Below, piece by piece: positions 37,901-50,750 of a DNA stretch of 57,127 nucleotides (the first letter of the stretch is position 1; every line of letters begins with the position of its first letter). A program made the translations under genes and the position numbers. Origin of the DNA: Malacoraja senta. Its lineage: Eukaryota. Where the stretch lies: positions 310,001 through 367,127 of the forward strand of contig JAXLNO010000173.1 in assembly GCA_038087875.1 (NCBI GenBank), written 5' to 3'. The notes under the pieces are model-generated. The model was not told where the DNA came from. It searched no databases and was given only the letters and a program-made list of their open reading frames with translations.

Positions 37901-40144
37901 TATGCTAATAGAACCGTTAATATGCCGGGGGATTGCAGGCAGCTGCAGAGTTGTCACAGTTAGGTGATATTCCCAATATAGACTGGGAATGGCATAGCCA
38001 TAGACTCAAAGGTTCAAAGGTTCATTTATTTTCACATACACCAATTGGTGTAGTGAAATTCGAGTTGCCATTGCAGATAACTAATAAGAATACAACAGAA
38101 CATTAAAGAAGAATTTAACATTAAACATAAAAACATTCCCCCCACAATGGTTCCCACTGTGGGGGAAAGCACAAAGTCCAGTCATGTCATAGAGCACGGA
38201 TAAAGGCCTATCGGCCCAACTCATCCATGCCGATCATCGTGCTGAGGGATTAGATTGGATGGAATTTGTCAAATATGTTCAGGGAAGTTTCATTTGGCAA
38301 AATGTAGAGGGACCTACAAGGCAGAGGGCAGTGCTTGATCTATTCTTCGGCAATTGGGAAGGGCAAGGGATGTGTCAGTGGGCGAGCCTTTTTTGGACCA
38401 CGGGACCGCAGTTCCCACACACCCGAACAAACTATTCACGCAAACCTGATAATAAGGAACAGAAAATAACTTATGATTTAATGATGTTATTGACAACTTA
38501 GCAAAGGTTTTGTCAATGTGGTGAACATTATCCACTTTACAGTTTGGAACAAACTATGTGACGGATCTGCTCCGCCATCTACTGGCTGTGTCTCTGGTGA
38601 CTTTCTTCAAACTGATAATGAGGTTCGAGCGAAACAAAAAGCGCAAACTGCTGGAGTAACTCGGCGGGCCAGACAGCCTTTATGGAGAACATGTCTAAGC
38701 GACGTTGCGGATCGTGTCTTTGCTTACTTTGGTTTAGACTCAACAATCTGTGGGGATATATTTATTCTGATTCCGGTTCTCCAGAAATGCTACCTGGCAC
38801 ATTGAGTTATTCCAGCACATTGTAGTTTTTTGCTGAAAGAAAAATACAAATATGTCTGACGAAAGGTCTCGACCACAACGTCACCTATCTATGTTCTCCA
38901 GATATACTGGCTGTCCCGCTGAGATATTTTCGCAATTTTCTTTCCTATTGTCGCTTTGGGTTTCTGCTCAACTTCCGGCATCTGCAGTTCCTTGTGTCTA
39001 TTTAAATTCTGGTGACCATGTTCACAGGTATCACAGCAGTGTATCATGGTAACGGCACAGTCTTACATCTGGTGTGGCGGAGACAACAACGCAACAAAAT
39101 GAAGTGCATTAAATATTAACAGGTTAACACGGGTTACACAATTCCACAGAATTCTCAGTTTAATAACAGTTGTGAGGCAGTTCCTGATATTTGAAGAGTG
39201 GCACCGCCGTCACACAAGCTGAATAAATGGGAACTGTGAGGTTCACCATGACTAAATAACTCTTTTGGAAACTGTAACAACTTTGGTCTAATGTATGCTG
39301 AGGCCTCCACAATATGCATGCAGCCACCGAAGCCCTGGACTTTGAATGTCAGTTCCAGCCCCAGTTCAGCATCATGTCTACAATGCAGCAGCAACACACT
39401 GTCCTCCCACAACACCATGGTGGAATGCAAGCCCAGATATTAGTCTTAAAATCTCTACAGTGCACATTAAACCAAAATTCTTCTGATGCTGAATTCAAAT
39501 ACATTTTAAAGGTTAATCTGATGTGACGAAAAGTAAATCACTTTGGAATTTACTGTGAAGAGACGTGTGGTCGGTGTACTGTGCTCTGGAGTGTTTTTGT
39601 TGTGTGTAATAGCTCCTGGGGCAACAAACTCGGCCCAGCTGCTTCGTGAATTACATTCATACCAGTGTAGGGATGCGCATAATGTTCAATTCCATTTGCA
39701 ACTTTTCACCAAACAGGGCAGTTCATTTCTACAGCAAACAGGATCTAAGCAGCATCTTGACGATTACCATGTGCCCCGCTAGTGCTGGCACTGATCATCT
39801 CCTTCAAGAAGTGAAACTACATTTCCTTGATATTCATTTGGATTACTGTTGGCTCCACATTCACTTCTCTGGTGGTTAGTATTGAGCAGTAACTCAACTG
39901 GACCAGCCATGTAAATTCAACAAAAGTAGTTCAGGGAGAGAGGTTATGAATTCTACAGCGAACAACTCACCTCCTGACAAAAGCAAGCCAATACAAGTTC
40001 CACCCTGTCCCAGAGAGGAGCAGTGTAAATCTCCTCCGATTGCCAGCTTAGTAAAATATCATCAATGACCAAGACCACCAATAAAATGTAATTATCTCAG
40101 TGATCTTCCAATCTATCCATTGCCTCAGCCATCAACATACCATG

Positions 40145-40405
40145 GTTAGTTTAGTTTAGAGATGCAGCACAGAAAAGGGCCCTTCGGCCCACCGTGTCCG
40201 TGCCGACCAGTGATCCCCACACGCTAACATACACACGAGGGACAATTTACAATTTTACTGAAGCCAATTAACCTCTTTGGAGATTGGGAGGAAACCAGAG
40301 CTCCTGTAGAAAATTCATACTGGTCACGGGGAGAACGTACAAACTCCGTACAGACAGGATCAATCCCAGGTCTCTGGCACTGAAAGGCAGCAACTACCAC
40401 TGTAT
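40145..40405 (-). mobile_element. V-SINE with CR1-derived tail
   Basis: Reverse complement V-domain CTGTCTGTACGGAGTTTGTACGTTCTCCCCGTGACC and tail GGGCCGAAGGGCCC..CTCTAAACTAAACTAA. Confidence 0.8.
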
Positions 40406-40967
40406 GGTTGCAGCACCCTCATTGGTCGACAACACTACACCTCCTTAACCAATGAGTTCTACTTCGAATAAGCAAGCAGACCATGACAGCAGTGGAACTA
40501 CCATGATCATATTGAATGGCGGTGCAGGCTCGAAGGGCCGAATGGCCTACTCCTGCACCTATTTTCTATGTTTCTATGTTTCTATGTTTAGTAGAACACA
40601 GGGTGCTGGAGTAACTCAGTGGGTCAGGCAGCATCTCTAGAGAACATATAGCGCCCTTCATTATGTTTGGGACAAAGACCCATCATTTATTTATTTGCCT
40701 CTGTACTCCACAATTTGAGATTTGTAATAAGAAAAAAAATCACATGTGGATAAAGTGTACTTTGTCAGATTTTATTAAAGGCCATTTTTATGCATTTTGG
40801 TTTCACCATGTGGACATTACAGCTGTGTTTATACCTCATCCCCCATTTCAGGGCATCATGATGTTTGGGACACATTTCTTCACAGGTGTTTGAAATTGCT
40901 CAGGTGTGTTTCATTGCCTCCTTAATGTAGGTATAAGAGAGCTCTCAGCACCTAGACTTTGCTCCAG

Positions 40968-42973
40968 GATTAATGATTAACATTTTTGACTTGGGAGGCA
41001 GGGGACGAATGTTCAACTGGATTAAGGATATTTTATTGAATAGAACAATACAAGTAATGGTTGGTAGTGTCAGATCAGAGACTGTAGAAATAGAGAATGG
41101 AACCCCGCAGGGAAGTGTTATCAGTCCAGTTTTATTTAATATCATGATAAACGACATATTTTGTAAATTAGAGAGAGGATTTGGTCTGTCTTTGTTTGCA
41201 GATGACGGGGCCATCTGGAGAAGAGGTTGTAATGTAGAGTTTGTTTTAAAACAGATTCAAAGAGTGTTAGTGTCTGTAGAGGAATGGGGGAACACATGGG
41301 GCTTTAAAATCTCTGCCTCTAAGGCTAAATATATGGTATTTGGTTTTAAAAGAAAGTTACCTAAGTTAGGGCTGTATATGTATGGGTCTCTATTGGAGAA
41401 GGTGAAGGTTTTTAAGTTTTTGGGTGTTTGGTTTGACGAGCGTATGACTTGGGCTGTGCATGTAGGTAAAATTGTGTTGAAGTGTGAAAAAGTTCTGAAT
41501 GTTATGAGAAGTCTGGTTGGGTGTGAGTGGGGGGCCAACAGGGAGACAATGCTGCTAATTTATCAGGCCATGATCAGATCTTCTCTTGACTATGGGTGTT
41601 TTGTGTATGGGTCTGCGTCTAAAACTGTTCTGGCTAGGCTAGATATGTTGCAGGCAAAAGCTTTGAGGCTTTGCTGTGGAGCCTTCAGGACTTCCCCAGT
41701 CCCTGCCCTGATTGTTGAAATGGGAGAAATGCCCTTATGGTTAAGGCGCATTAAGCTAGGGTTACATTACTGGGCTAAACTTTGTGGGTGTAATGATACC
41801 TTCCCAGCAAGGTGTTTGTTGCAAGAGGTTGATGATGGTAACAAATATAACATATTTTTTGTCATTATAAATCAGTGGGCTAGGAAGCTGGGTTTGGAAC
41901 AAGGGGGTATTATAGAGCATACAATAAGGCTACCTGTGCCCTATTGGGTTCTTCCTGAACTGTTTATTGAGCTTGCTTTTCTTCAGGAAAAAGATGAGCG
42001 CGAGGTGACTCCAAGAATAGTGGAATATCTTAATTCAATCAGTGAGAGCACTTTGATTGTTTTTACAGATGGATCTAAAGATCCAGTCAGTGGGAGAGCT
42101 GGGTTTGGAGTGTATGTGGAGCAGCTTGGGTTGAAGATTGGCCGGCGCATTTCTGATGGAAGTTCTGTTCTCACGACTGAATTAATGGCAATTCAATGGG
42201 CTCTATGGTGGATTGAGGAAGCCAGTTTTAGAGAAGTCATTATCTGTTCTGATTCTGCAGCTGCTCTTGAAACTTTAAGAGTAGGGAAATCTAAAGCTCG
42301 TTCTGACATTCTAAATGAAATCTTGAGTGTGTTTTCTAGAATTGGGTTTGCGTGTAACATCACTTTTTGCTGGGTTCCCGGGCATGCTGGGGTGAGGGGG
42401 AATGAGCAGGTGGACCTCATAGCAAAGGAGAGTTTAAGAAGAGAAATAGATATCCATGTATCATTGGGGAGAGTGGAACTGAGAGAAATAATTAAAGAGG
42501 GCTTAACAAAAGAATGGCAGAGAGGATGGGAAATGGAAGTCAGGGTAGACACTACTTTTCTATACAATCTGGTTAGGAAAATATGTTTCTGTACATCTCT
42601 GTCCCATAGGGACTCAGTTAAACCGTGTAGATTGAGGGTTAAATTACTATTTGTGCATTGTAGGGAAACATGTTTCTGGCTTGTGTGAATGTGGGAGTAA
42701 TGAGACAGTTAAGCATGTTTTCCTAGAATGTAAAAAGTATAGGGTAGAAAGAAAAGTATTGGTTGTTAGACTGACAGGACTTGGAGTTGAGGCTTTTTCT
42801 GTTTCATCTTTGTTTGGACACAATGAGAAACATCAACTGATATCCAGGGCTGTTCTTCAATTCCTGCAAGTTACAGGACTGTATGTAAGAATTTAGTTCA
42901 AACTTTGACCTGTGGAGGGCAGTAATACGCTTAGCAGTGTCTACACTGCCGGAATCCTACAAGAAGAAGAATA
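40968..42973 (+). mobile_element. 5'-truncated I/Nimb-clade LINE with RT and RNase H
   Basis: 571-aa ORF 40973-42688: GTPQGSVISP, LFADD, then RNase H (VFTDGSK..TELMAI..CSDS..WVPGHAGVRGNEQVD); CCHC in 42651-42896; (AAG)n tail; TSD AGACTTT(G/C)CTCCAG at 40954-40967 and 42974-42987. Confidence 0.92.
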
Positions 42974-43029
42974 AGACTTTCCTCCAGTCTTTCTATCACC
43001 TTTGGAAACTTTTATTGCTGTTAATCAAC

Positions 43030-44064
43030 ATGAGGACCAAAGTTGTGCCAATGAAAGTCAAATAAGCCATTATGAGACTGAGAACCAAGAATAAAACTGT
43101 TGGAGACGTCAGCCAAACCTGGGGCTTACCAAAATCAACTGTTTGGAACATCATTAAGAAGAAAGAGAGCACTGGTGATCTTACCAATCGCAAAGGGACT
43201 GGTAGGCCAAGGAAGACTTCCACAGCTGATGACAGAAGAATTCTCTCTATAATAAAGAGAAATCCCCAAACACTTGTCTGACAGATCAGAAACACGCTTC
43301 AGGAGTCAGGTGTGGATTTGTCAATGACCACTGTCCACAGATGACTTCATGAACAGAAATACAGAGGCTACAATGCAAGATGCAAACCACTGGTTAGTGC
43401 AAAAATAGGATGGCCAGGTTGCAGTTTGCCAAGAAGTACTTAAAAGAGCAACCAGTTCTGTAAAAAAGCTCTTGTGGATAGATGAGACGAAGATTAACTT
43501 ATATCAGAGTGATGGCACGAGCAAAGTATGGAGGAGAGAAGGAACTGCCCAAGATCCAAAGCATAGCACCTCATCTGTGAAACATGCTGGTGGTGGTGTT
43601 ATGGCCTGGGCAAGTATGGCTGCTGAAGGTACTGGCTCACTTATCTTCATTGATGATACAACTGCTAATGGTAGTAGCATAATGTATTCTGAAGCGTATA
43701 GACACATCCTATCCGCTCAAGTTCAAACAAATGCCTCAAAACTCATTGGCCGGCAGTTCATCCTACAGCAAGACAATGATCCCAAACATACTGCTGAAGC
43801 AACAAAAGAGTTTTCAAAGCTAATAAATAGTCAATTCTTGAGTGGCCAAGTCAATCACCAGATCTGAACCCAATTGAGCATGCCTTTTATATGCAGAAGA
43901 GAAAACTGAAGGGGACTAGCCCCAAAAACAAGCATAAGCTAAAGATGGCTGCAAAACAGGCCTGGCAGAGCACCACCAGAGAATACACCCAGCAACTGGT
44001 GATGTCCATGAATCACAGACTTCAAGCAGTCATTGCATGCACAGGATATGCAACAAAATACTAA
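43030..44064 (+). pseudogene. Tc1 transposase pseudogene
   Basis: HTH region and GRPRK, WIDETK, GGGVMAW, QQDNDPKH, SPDLNPIEH, GYATKY*; several stops and frameshifts. Confidence 0.92.
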
Positions 44065-45159
44065 ACATGACTACTTTCATTTACATGACATTGCTGTGTC
44101 ACAAACATGATGGTGCCCTGAAATGGGGGGACTATCCATTAACACTGCTGTAATTTCTACATGATGAAACCAAAATGTATTAAAATGGCCTTTGTTAAAA
44201 TCTGATAATGTGCACTTTAACCACATGTGTTTTTTTTTAATTACAAATCTCAAATTGTGGAGTATAGAGGTAATAAATAAATGATGGATCTTTGTCCCAA
44301 ACATTATGGAGGGCACTGTAGATATGCGAGGTTTCACGTCGGGGCTCTTGTTCAGAATGAATAAGGATCCGATGAAGTGTCGCGCCCCGAATCGTCAAAT
44401 ATTCACATCCTCCAGAAATACTACCTAACCCAGAGAGTTACTTCAGCACTTTGTGTTCTACATACGATTCCAGCATCTGCCTGCAGTTCCTTGTGTCTCT
44501 ACCGATATATATTGGTTCCCCACAGCAAGCCGCACACCATCCTGATTTCTACTATTTTGCGGCTACTTGAATATTGCCAAAAGTAGAGGCGTTGGTGTGC
44601 TTTCTTGGTCGTTGCTTCAATATGGGTTGTCAAGGAGAAGTTGATGGTGATATTGACTCCAACGAATTTGAAGTTTTCAATCAGCTCTACCTCGGCGCTG
44701 TCAATGCAAACTGGGGTATGTGTACCGCTACGCATCCTGAAGTCGATCACTATTTCCTATGTCTTGCTGAACCATTTAAAACACGCTTTCCATTTTCCCA
44801 CAATAATCACTTGGACAGTTAAATACAATAGTCTCGTTGGAATTCCGACAGACGTCTACATCAGGGACAGAAATGCTAGCGATATATAACTCAGAATCTA
44901 TGGGGAGACGAGCAGCATAAAAACACACTGATCTTACACATTATCTTATAAAAAACAGGATAGCAGAGTTTCATGGTTATTGAAGGCATATAGACATACT
45001 TGTTGAAGAGGGAAAATAACATGCACTGTATTTACAGCAACAATTTATCACAATTAATGAATTAGTTTTAAAAATAACACCTATGCTTTTCTCATTATAA
45101 TGCTGAGATATTGAGCATTCACTCGAGAGCAGACTGGGTCACAGTATAACATTGACTGT

Positions 45160-45290
45160 CATACGGCAGCCCCTACAATGCGGCTCTCCCTGAGTACTGC
45201 AGCGGGATCCGCCTGAGCTGCGACAGAACCACAGTCACGCAGGTGCCGGGAGTGAGACTTGGAGCCTCTGATTTAGTAGAGAGGTTGAAT
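45160..45290 (-). mobile_element. Old Deu-domain SINE fragment (paralogous copy at 48005-48135)
   Basis: GCTCTCCCTGAGTACTGCA..GCCTGAG..GACTTG..CTCTGATT resembles the reversed head of SacSINE1/AmnSINE-type elements (recognised from memory). Confidence 0.55.
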
Positions 45291-46164
45291 TAACTCAGAT
45301 AAAACTATATAATGAATGCAATCAGTCTTACACGATGGATAACAATTGACAAAAAAAAAACAATGGAGTTTTTCCAAGGCTTTTGAGCAGTAAATCGAGT
45401 TTTACGATCGTTTTTTGTTGAAATAAAGATAACTGCACCAAGTTTGAGAGTAATCATCGTTTCACAAGTGAGTGACACCAGCCAGCTTTATCTGGAGCCT
45501 GTCTGCTCCATTGCTCAGCACAAAATATTTTAATAAACTAAGACCAGAAAATAATTCTGCTGGTGACTAAAAAACAATTAGACAGGTACAATAGGACAGG
45601 TTTCGAGCGATATGGACCAGTCTCTCTCCCCCCCCACCCCCACCCCGTCTCCTGGTCTCTGCCCCGGTCTCCCGGTCTCTCCCCCCGTCTCAATCCCCCC
45701 TCCCCGTCTCCCACTCCCCCCCTGTCACCCACGCGTATCTGCCACCTCTATCTGCCACCTCTATCTGCCACCTGACAAATACAAAATTGAAAAATCTATA
45801 CTCACTGAATCATTCGATTTTTATTTAGAGCGCTTGACCTTAGACAAATCCCATGATTCCTTGCTTTTTTCGGAATACCAAACTCGCCTACGTTTGCACA
45901 TAAGGTCATCGGGTCAAAGGGCGTGACGCACGGAGCAGCTCAATCCTTCAGGAGGACACGGCAGCCTCCGGCACACACTGTTAACACACGAAACCCGTTC
46001 TTTCTTACCTGTTAAAAACCGCTGAAATGGTCATTTTTTGCGCTGTAAATAATTGTGGAGGGTGACTGAGCACTCTGAACCAAATGGTATTGTATCTTTG
46101 CTCTGAATCCGAGCAGAGTTGGGGAAAGTCTGGTCCCTCCGCCCACCCAGAGTCACTGACCGCG

Positions 46165-46300
46165 CTGCACCCGCACCCCCGACCACCACCAAATCCCCCC
46201 CCCCCGTCCACGACATCCCCCCCCCACCCGACCACCCTCCACCACCCCCCAACCCCCCCCCCCCCCCACCACCACCACCACCCACACCAACGCCCCCTCC
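46165..46300 (+). repeat. C-rich low-complexity tract (G-quadruplex-prone on the minus strand)
   Basis: Many C3+ runs; source of the Pro/Gly-rich spurious ORFs. Confidence 0.8.
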
Positions 46301-47214
46301 CCTTGGCCGCGGGGACAGGCGGCCTGGGATCAACGAGTGTGGAACCAGTCAGCGTGGAGTCCGGATGCTGGGACAGAAGACTGTACTGGCAGCCAGAGTA
46401 AGTGCTTACCTGACTGACGTTCACCGCTTATACTCCAGGTAGCTTTGCGTGGCGACAGTGCGGGCACGGGTCGTGACATCGACTGCCGTGCAACCTCGCT
46501 ATTAACACGTGCCGCACAGAAGTGCTGGCATTGATCATCTCCACCAAGAAAGATGCCATATCCGTCATCTTCAGTTAGATTGCTGTTAGCTCCACATTCA
46601 TTATCCTGGGGGTTAGCACTGAGCAGGAACACCTAACCCGCAGCCAACAATGGACCGTTTCCTTGATCATCGTTCGTTGCTTTTTTTGCATCTTTCATGC
46701 ATTTGTCCCATATCTATCTATATCACCATCTATATCTCTCGTTTACCCTTTCCCCTGACTCTCAGTCAGAATTCGACTCTTGTCTCGACTCCAAACGTCA
46801 CCTATTCCTTTTCTCCACAGATGCTGCCTGACCCGCTGAGTTACTCCAGCTTTTTGTGTCTATCCATCATTTATCGGACGTTAATAACTGTTGCCTTCTG
46901 CGCTCCGTCCTGACAGGTTGCTGTTGCCCTCCCCTGGTCAAATGCAGTATAGCAGTTTGTTTCACGGACAGCAGAATACTGAACCATTTAAAACACGCGT
47001 TCTATTTTGCAACAATAGCCACCTGACCTGGACAGATAAATACAATAGTTCAGTGGGAATTCCTATAGAGGTCTACGTCAGGGGAAGAAACGCTAGCGGT
47101 AGATAATTCAGAATCTGTGAGGTGATGAGCAACACAAAAACACAATGAAAACTAATTATCATATAACATTCAGGATTACTCAGCTTTATGCCTATTGAAG
47201 GAGTATAGCTATCC

Positions 47215-47960
47215 TATAGAAACAAACAGCTGCAGATGCTGCCTTATACGGTATTATATTCAGATGAGTGACGTTTCGGATCGGGCCCCTTCTTCAGACT
47301 GAAAGTAGGGGGTAGGAGAAGTGTGAAGAGCAGGAGGCGAGAAAAGACCAGGATCAATCAGGGCCGGCCACAAATGACCGCAGGCAGGGTGGTGCTCTGT
47401 TAGACCTATTGTTGGCTGGGGAAGGTGTGATCTGAAGAAGGATACAATGGATTAAACTGTGGAACTTGTGAAACGACTAGGGGGAAGAAGGGAGCCAGGG
47501 AGTGAAAGTTAATACTGGTAAAAGTTACCTAAAATTAGAGAATTCAACATTCATACCCCTGGGTTGTATGCTACCCAGGCGAAATGTGGTGCTGTTCTTC
47601 CAATTTGCGCGTAGCCTTACTCTGGCAATGGATGAGGCTCAGGGCAGAAAGGTCAGTGTGGGATGGGAAGGGGTGTTGAAATGATTGGCATCCGGGAGAT
47701 CCCGTAGGCCTCGGCGAACTAAGCGTGTGTTCAGCTAAATGGTTGTAGGGTCTACCTTTGGTCTCGCTGATGTACAGAATCCCACATCGGGATCACTGGA
47801 TGCAGTAATTGTGGTTAGAGGAGGTACACCTGAACCTCTGTTTCACTTGAAAGGACTGTCAGGGTCCCTGAATAGAGTCAAGGGAGGTGGTATAAAGGCA
47901 GGTGTTGCATCTCCTACAGTTGCAGGGGCAAATACCCCAGGGGAGGGGGTGGGGTGGTAT
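47215..47960 (-). mobile_element. Penelope-like element 3' fragment (GIY-YIG remnant and terminal repeat with hammerhead core at about 47270-47297)
   Basis: Homologous to 10141-10850; reverse complement CTGAAGAAGGGGCCCGATCCGAAACGTC. Confidence 0.8.
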
Positions 47961-48283
47961 AGCCATGCTTGTTGAATGGGAAAAGCAACACGCAAACATT
48001 GATTGTCATACGGCAACCTCGACAATGTGGCTCTCCCTGAGTACTGCAGCAGGATCAGCCTGAGCTGCAACTAGAATCACAGTCACGCAGGTGCCGAGAT
48101 TTAGACTTGAACCCTCTGATTTAGTAGCAAGAGCTGATCCACAGCTGAATAACGATTGTGAATAAGAAGATTAAAGTATAGCCACAATCAGATAAAGGGT
48201 AGAGATACCATCTATATTGAGGTGAATGGAAGCGACACAGTGGCGCTGCGGTAGAGTTGCTTTCATCTTGCGCCAGAGACACG

Positions 48284-49474
48284 GATTCTGGTTCTGATTC
48301 TGGTTAATTACTGCGCAAACACCTCATCAGTGGTTATCTCGTGCAGGTCGGACTGAGGAGAGTAGTGATTACATTTTGAAGTGGGCCTTTTTGACCAAGT
48401 TGAGGAGATCTATTTGCCCAATACCCTTTTTAAATGACTTAATATCGGGAGCAGCAGGTGTGTTGGGTGGTAACCTATTCCATTCCCTTATCGTCCTTGG
48501 GTGAAGGGAATATTGGTAGCAAAGTTTATTGAAATTTAGCGAGTTGATGATGCAGGGACTGTTATTTTGTCTTGTTTCATGACAATTGGTGCTCTGGGAT
48601 GACGGGAGATTTGATGGCGTGATTTTGTGAATCTCCTTGTAAATTGCAATAAAACTTAGCCTGATTCTGCGGAGCTCTAGGGTAACCATCCGAGAGAAGT
48701 CAGCATATTATTCACGCTTGATTTGTGCTTGTAGTCATTACATACAAAGCGGGCTGCTCGGCGTTGTACTTTCTCCAGGATGATCATGTTGTTGTTGTTG
48801 TTGAAAGGATCCCATACGGCTCCACAATACTACAATTTGGCCCTGACCAAAGACTTGTAGGCTTTCTCTTTGGCGGATGTACTACATGCGTGAAAATTTC
48901 TTTTGAGTAGGCCGAGAGTTCTATTTGCTTTGTTGGACACTTGACAAATATGCGTCGCCAACTTAAATCTTTGCTTAATTCGACTCCTAGATATGGGTGA
49001 TGGTCGACAGCAAGCAATGTATGGCTACCCATGTTGTATTCCGATAAAAAATGGTTTAATCTTGTGTGATACATGCATGGTATGTCATTTGGTTGTATTG
49101 AACGACATCTGCCAGGTTTCCCCCCCTCACAGAGAGCATCCAGATCCTTCTGCAAGGACAAGCTGTCTTCTGGTGTTTTAATCTCTCTATAAATTATGGC
49201 ATCATCTGCGAAGAGTCGAACTCTGGAGGAAACTGCATTTGGAATGTCATGGATATACAGTAGGAAGAGCAATGGACCTATGACAGTCCCCTGTGGTACA
49301 CCTGTTGTCACAGAAGTTTCAATAGACGTCTCTCCTTCCAAGAGAACTCGCTGGTGTCTCCTTGTCAAAAAGATCTCAATCCATTTTAAGAGGTTGCCGT
49401 CTATTCCTACATGGTTGAGCTTGTACAGGAGCCGCTTATGGGGAACCTTATCAAAAGCCCTACTGAAGTCTAAT
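48284..49474 (-). mobile_element. CR1-group LINE 3' part (RT C-terminus)
   Basis: LDFSRAFDKVPH, GVPQGTVIGPLLFLLYI, RLFADD, YLGVEL, SLHPRTIREWNRLP; (CAGAAT/C)n tail near 48284-48303. Confidence 0.88.
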
Positions 49475-49476
49475 AT

Positions 49477-50400
49477 AATAGTAAGATTAAATGAGAACTT
49501 ACCAGTTTGAAGTTTGATCTTTATTTTATGAGGAGTTACGATGAGGGACTACGTGAAGAATCGCGTACAGCCGCACATGCGTCAATCTTCAAAGCAGCGG
49601 TGTGAAATCACAGATAATAGTGACTGAAGTATAATAGTAATACGAGAGAAGGCTAGAACTACCAGATGATATTTCATGAGGGTTGGGAGCGGAGGGCACG
49701 TAGTCCCTCATCGTAACTCCTCATAAAATAAAGATCAAACTTCAAACTGGTAAGTTCTCGTTTAATCTTACTATTTAACTTCGGAGTCACGTGAGTGACT
49801 ACGTGAAGATTTCAAAGCTCTGTGATTTCATGTCGCGAGAAACAAGTCTACACAACCACAACTGCTTCATTGACAAATGAGGGGAAATATTCATAATGCA
49901 TACAGTCATGACATATATTTAAAACATGCTGATGCTGTTAAATGAAGTAATCATAATAGTCCCATCTCTCATCTGGATGGAACCTATAAACAGAACATAA
50001 AATGAAAATGAGAAATACCCTGGTCTGACAACGGCTTATTATCAAATGTTTGAAAATTCGTTCTTTTGACCATGCTTCAGCCATTAGGAATTGCCGCAAT
50101 TCTGAATCTGCCTTGAAAAACAAATCTGCCCATATTTCCGAGCCTGTCCCGAAGGCAATCCTGGCTAAAATACTGAGCCTGCCTCAACACAATTCTGGCC
50201 CAATTCCAACCTGCTTGGAATGCTAGTGGTTTCTAGAAGTAAAGGTATAGTCCAGTTCACAGGAAAAGTCTGGTCTGATATTTCCAGTAGTGGGTTGTTA
50301 GTGATTTTATTCAGAATCAGTAATGTGATTGCAATCCATGATGTTTTAGTAGCTCAAACTGTGCATGTGCCATGTTGCCATTTGTTGGGTTTCAGTGGTT
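49477..50400 (-). mobile_element. DIRS-type retrotransposon 3' end: tyrosine recombinase remnant, internal complementary region and right terminal repeat
   Basis: 79-bp inverted repeat 49477-49555 / 49697-49775 (one mismatch); FLMAEAWSKERIFKH resembles the recombinase C-terminal ILxAAGWSxxxTF motif. The boundary at 50400 is uncertain. Confidence 0.75.
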
Positions 50401-50544
50401 GAATATCCAAGTCCCAATGTAGTGTTAAAAATACATACAACGACGACAATTTACAAAATAGTAATACCTAACAGTCCACAATAAAATGCTAATGTAATTG
50501 CACTATTTTCACAAAATACTGTAAAATTCTATTCTGACTACGAG

Positions 50545-50750
50545 TGCTGTTCGTACGGAGTTTGCCCGTTCTTCCTGTGACCACATGTTTTTTATCCGGG
50601 TTTTCCGGTATTCTCCCACATTCCAAACACGTACAGGTTTGTCGGTTAATTAGCTTCTGTAAATTGTCCTGACTACGTAGGATAGAGATAGTCGTCGCTG
50701 GTTGTCATGGACTCATTGGACATAAGGGCCTATTTCCATGCTGTTTCTAG
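50545..50750 (+). mobile_element. V-SINE fragment
   Basis: GTGCTGTTCGTACGGAGTTTGCCCGTTCTTCCTGTGACC..CTCCCACATTCCAAA. Confidence 0.7.

Larger units (their letters stand above)
40649..44318 (+). mobile_element. Tc1 (DD34E-type) DNA transposon with long IR/DR terminal repeats, interrupted by a LINE
   Basis: About 225-bp TIRs (40649-40873 and 44097-44318), each with outer and inner ATGTTTGGGACA-type direct repeats; TA on both sides. Confidence 0.93.

Noticed and set aside
40973..42688. 571-aa ORF as a domesticated host gene
   Set aside because: 5'-truncated mid-RT, frameshifted near the end, and flanked by a TSD and (AAG)n tail; a young LINE copy explains it.
45738..45773. 13-bp tandem repeat (TATCTGCCACCTC, about 3 copies)
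   Set aside because: Short minisatellite within low-complexity repeat sequence; no evidence of function.
46005..46442. Pro-rich and Gly-rich ORFs, plus a GTAAGT donor-like site near 46398
   Set aside because: They arise from a C-rich low-complexity tract; no recognisable domain or matching acceptor.
36260..50400. The two DIRS pieces as ends of one giant element
   Set aside because: Both read on the minus strand, but the 5' end (37426) has a lower coordinate than the 3' end (49477), which is the wrong order; the terminal sequences also differ.
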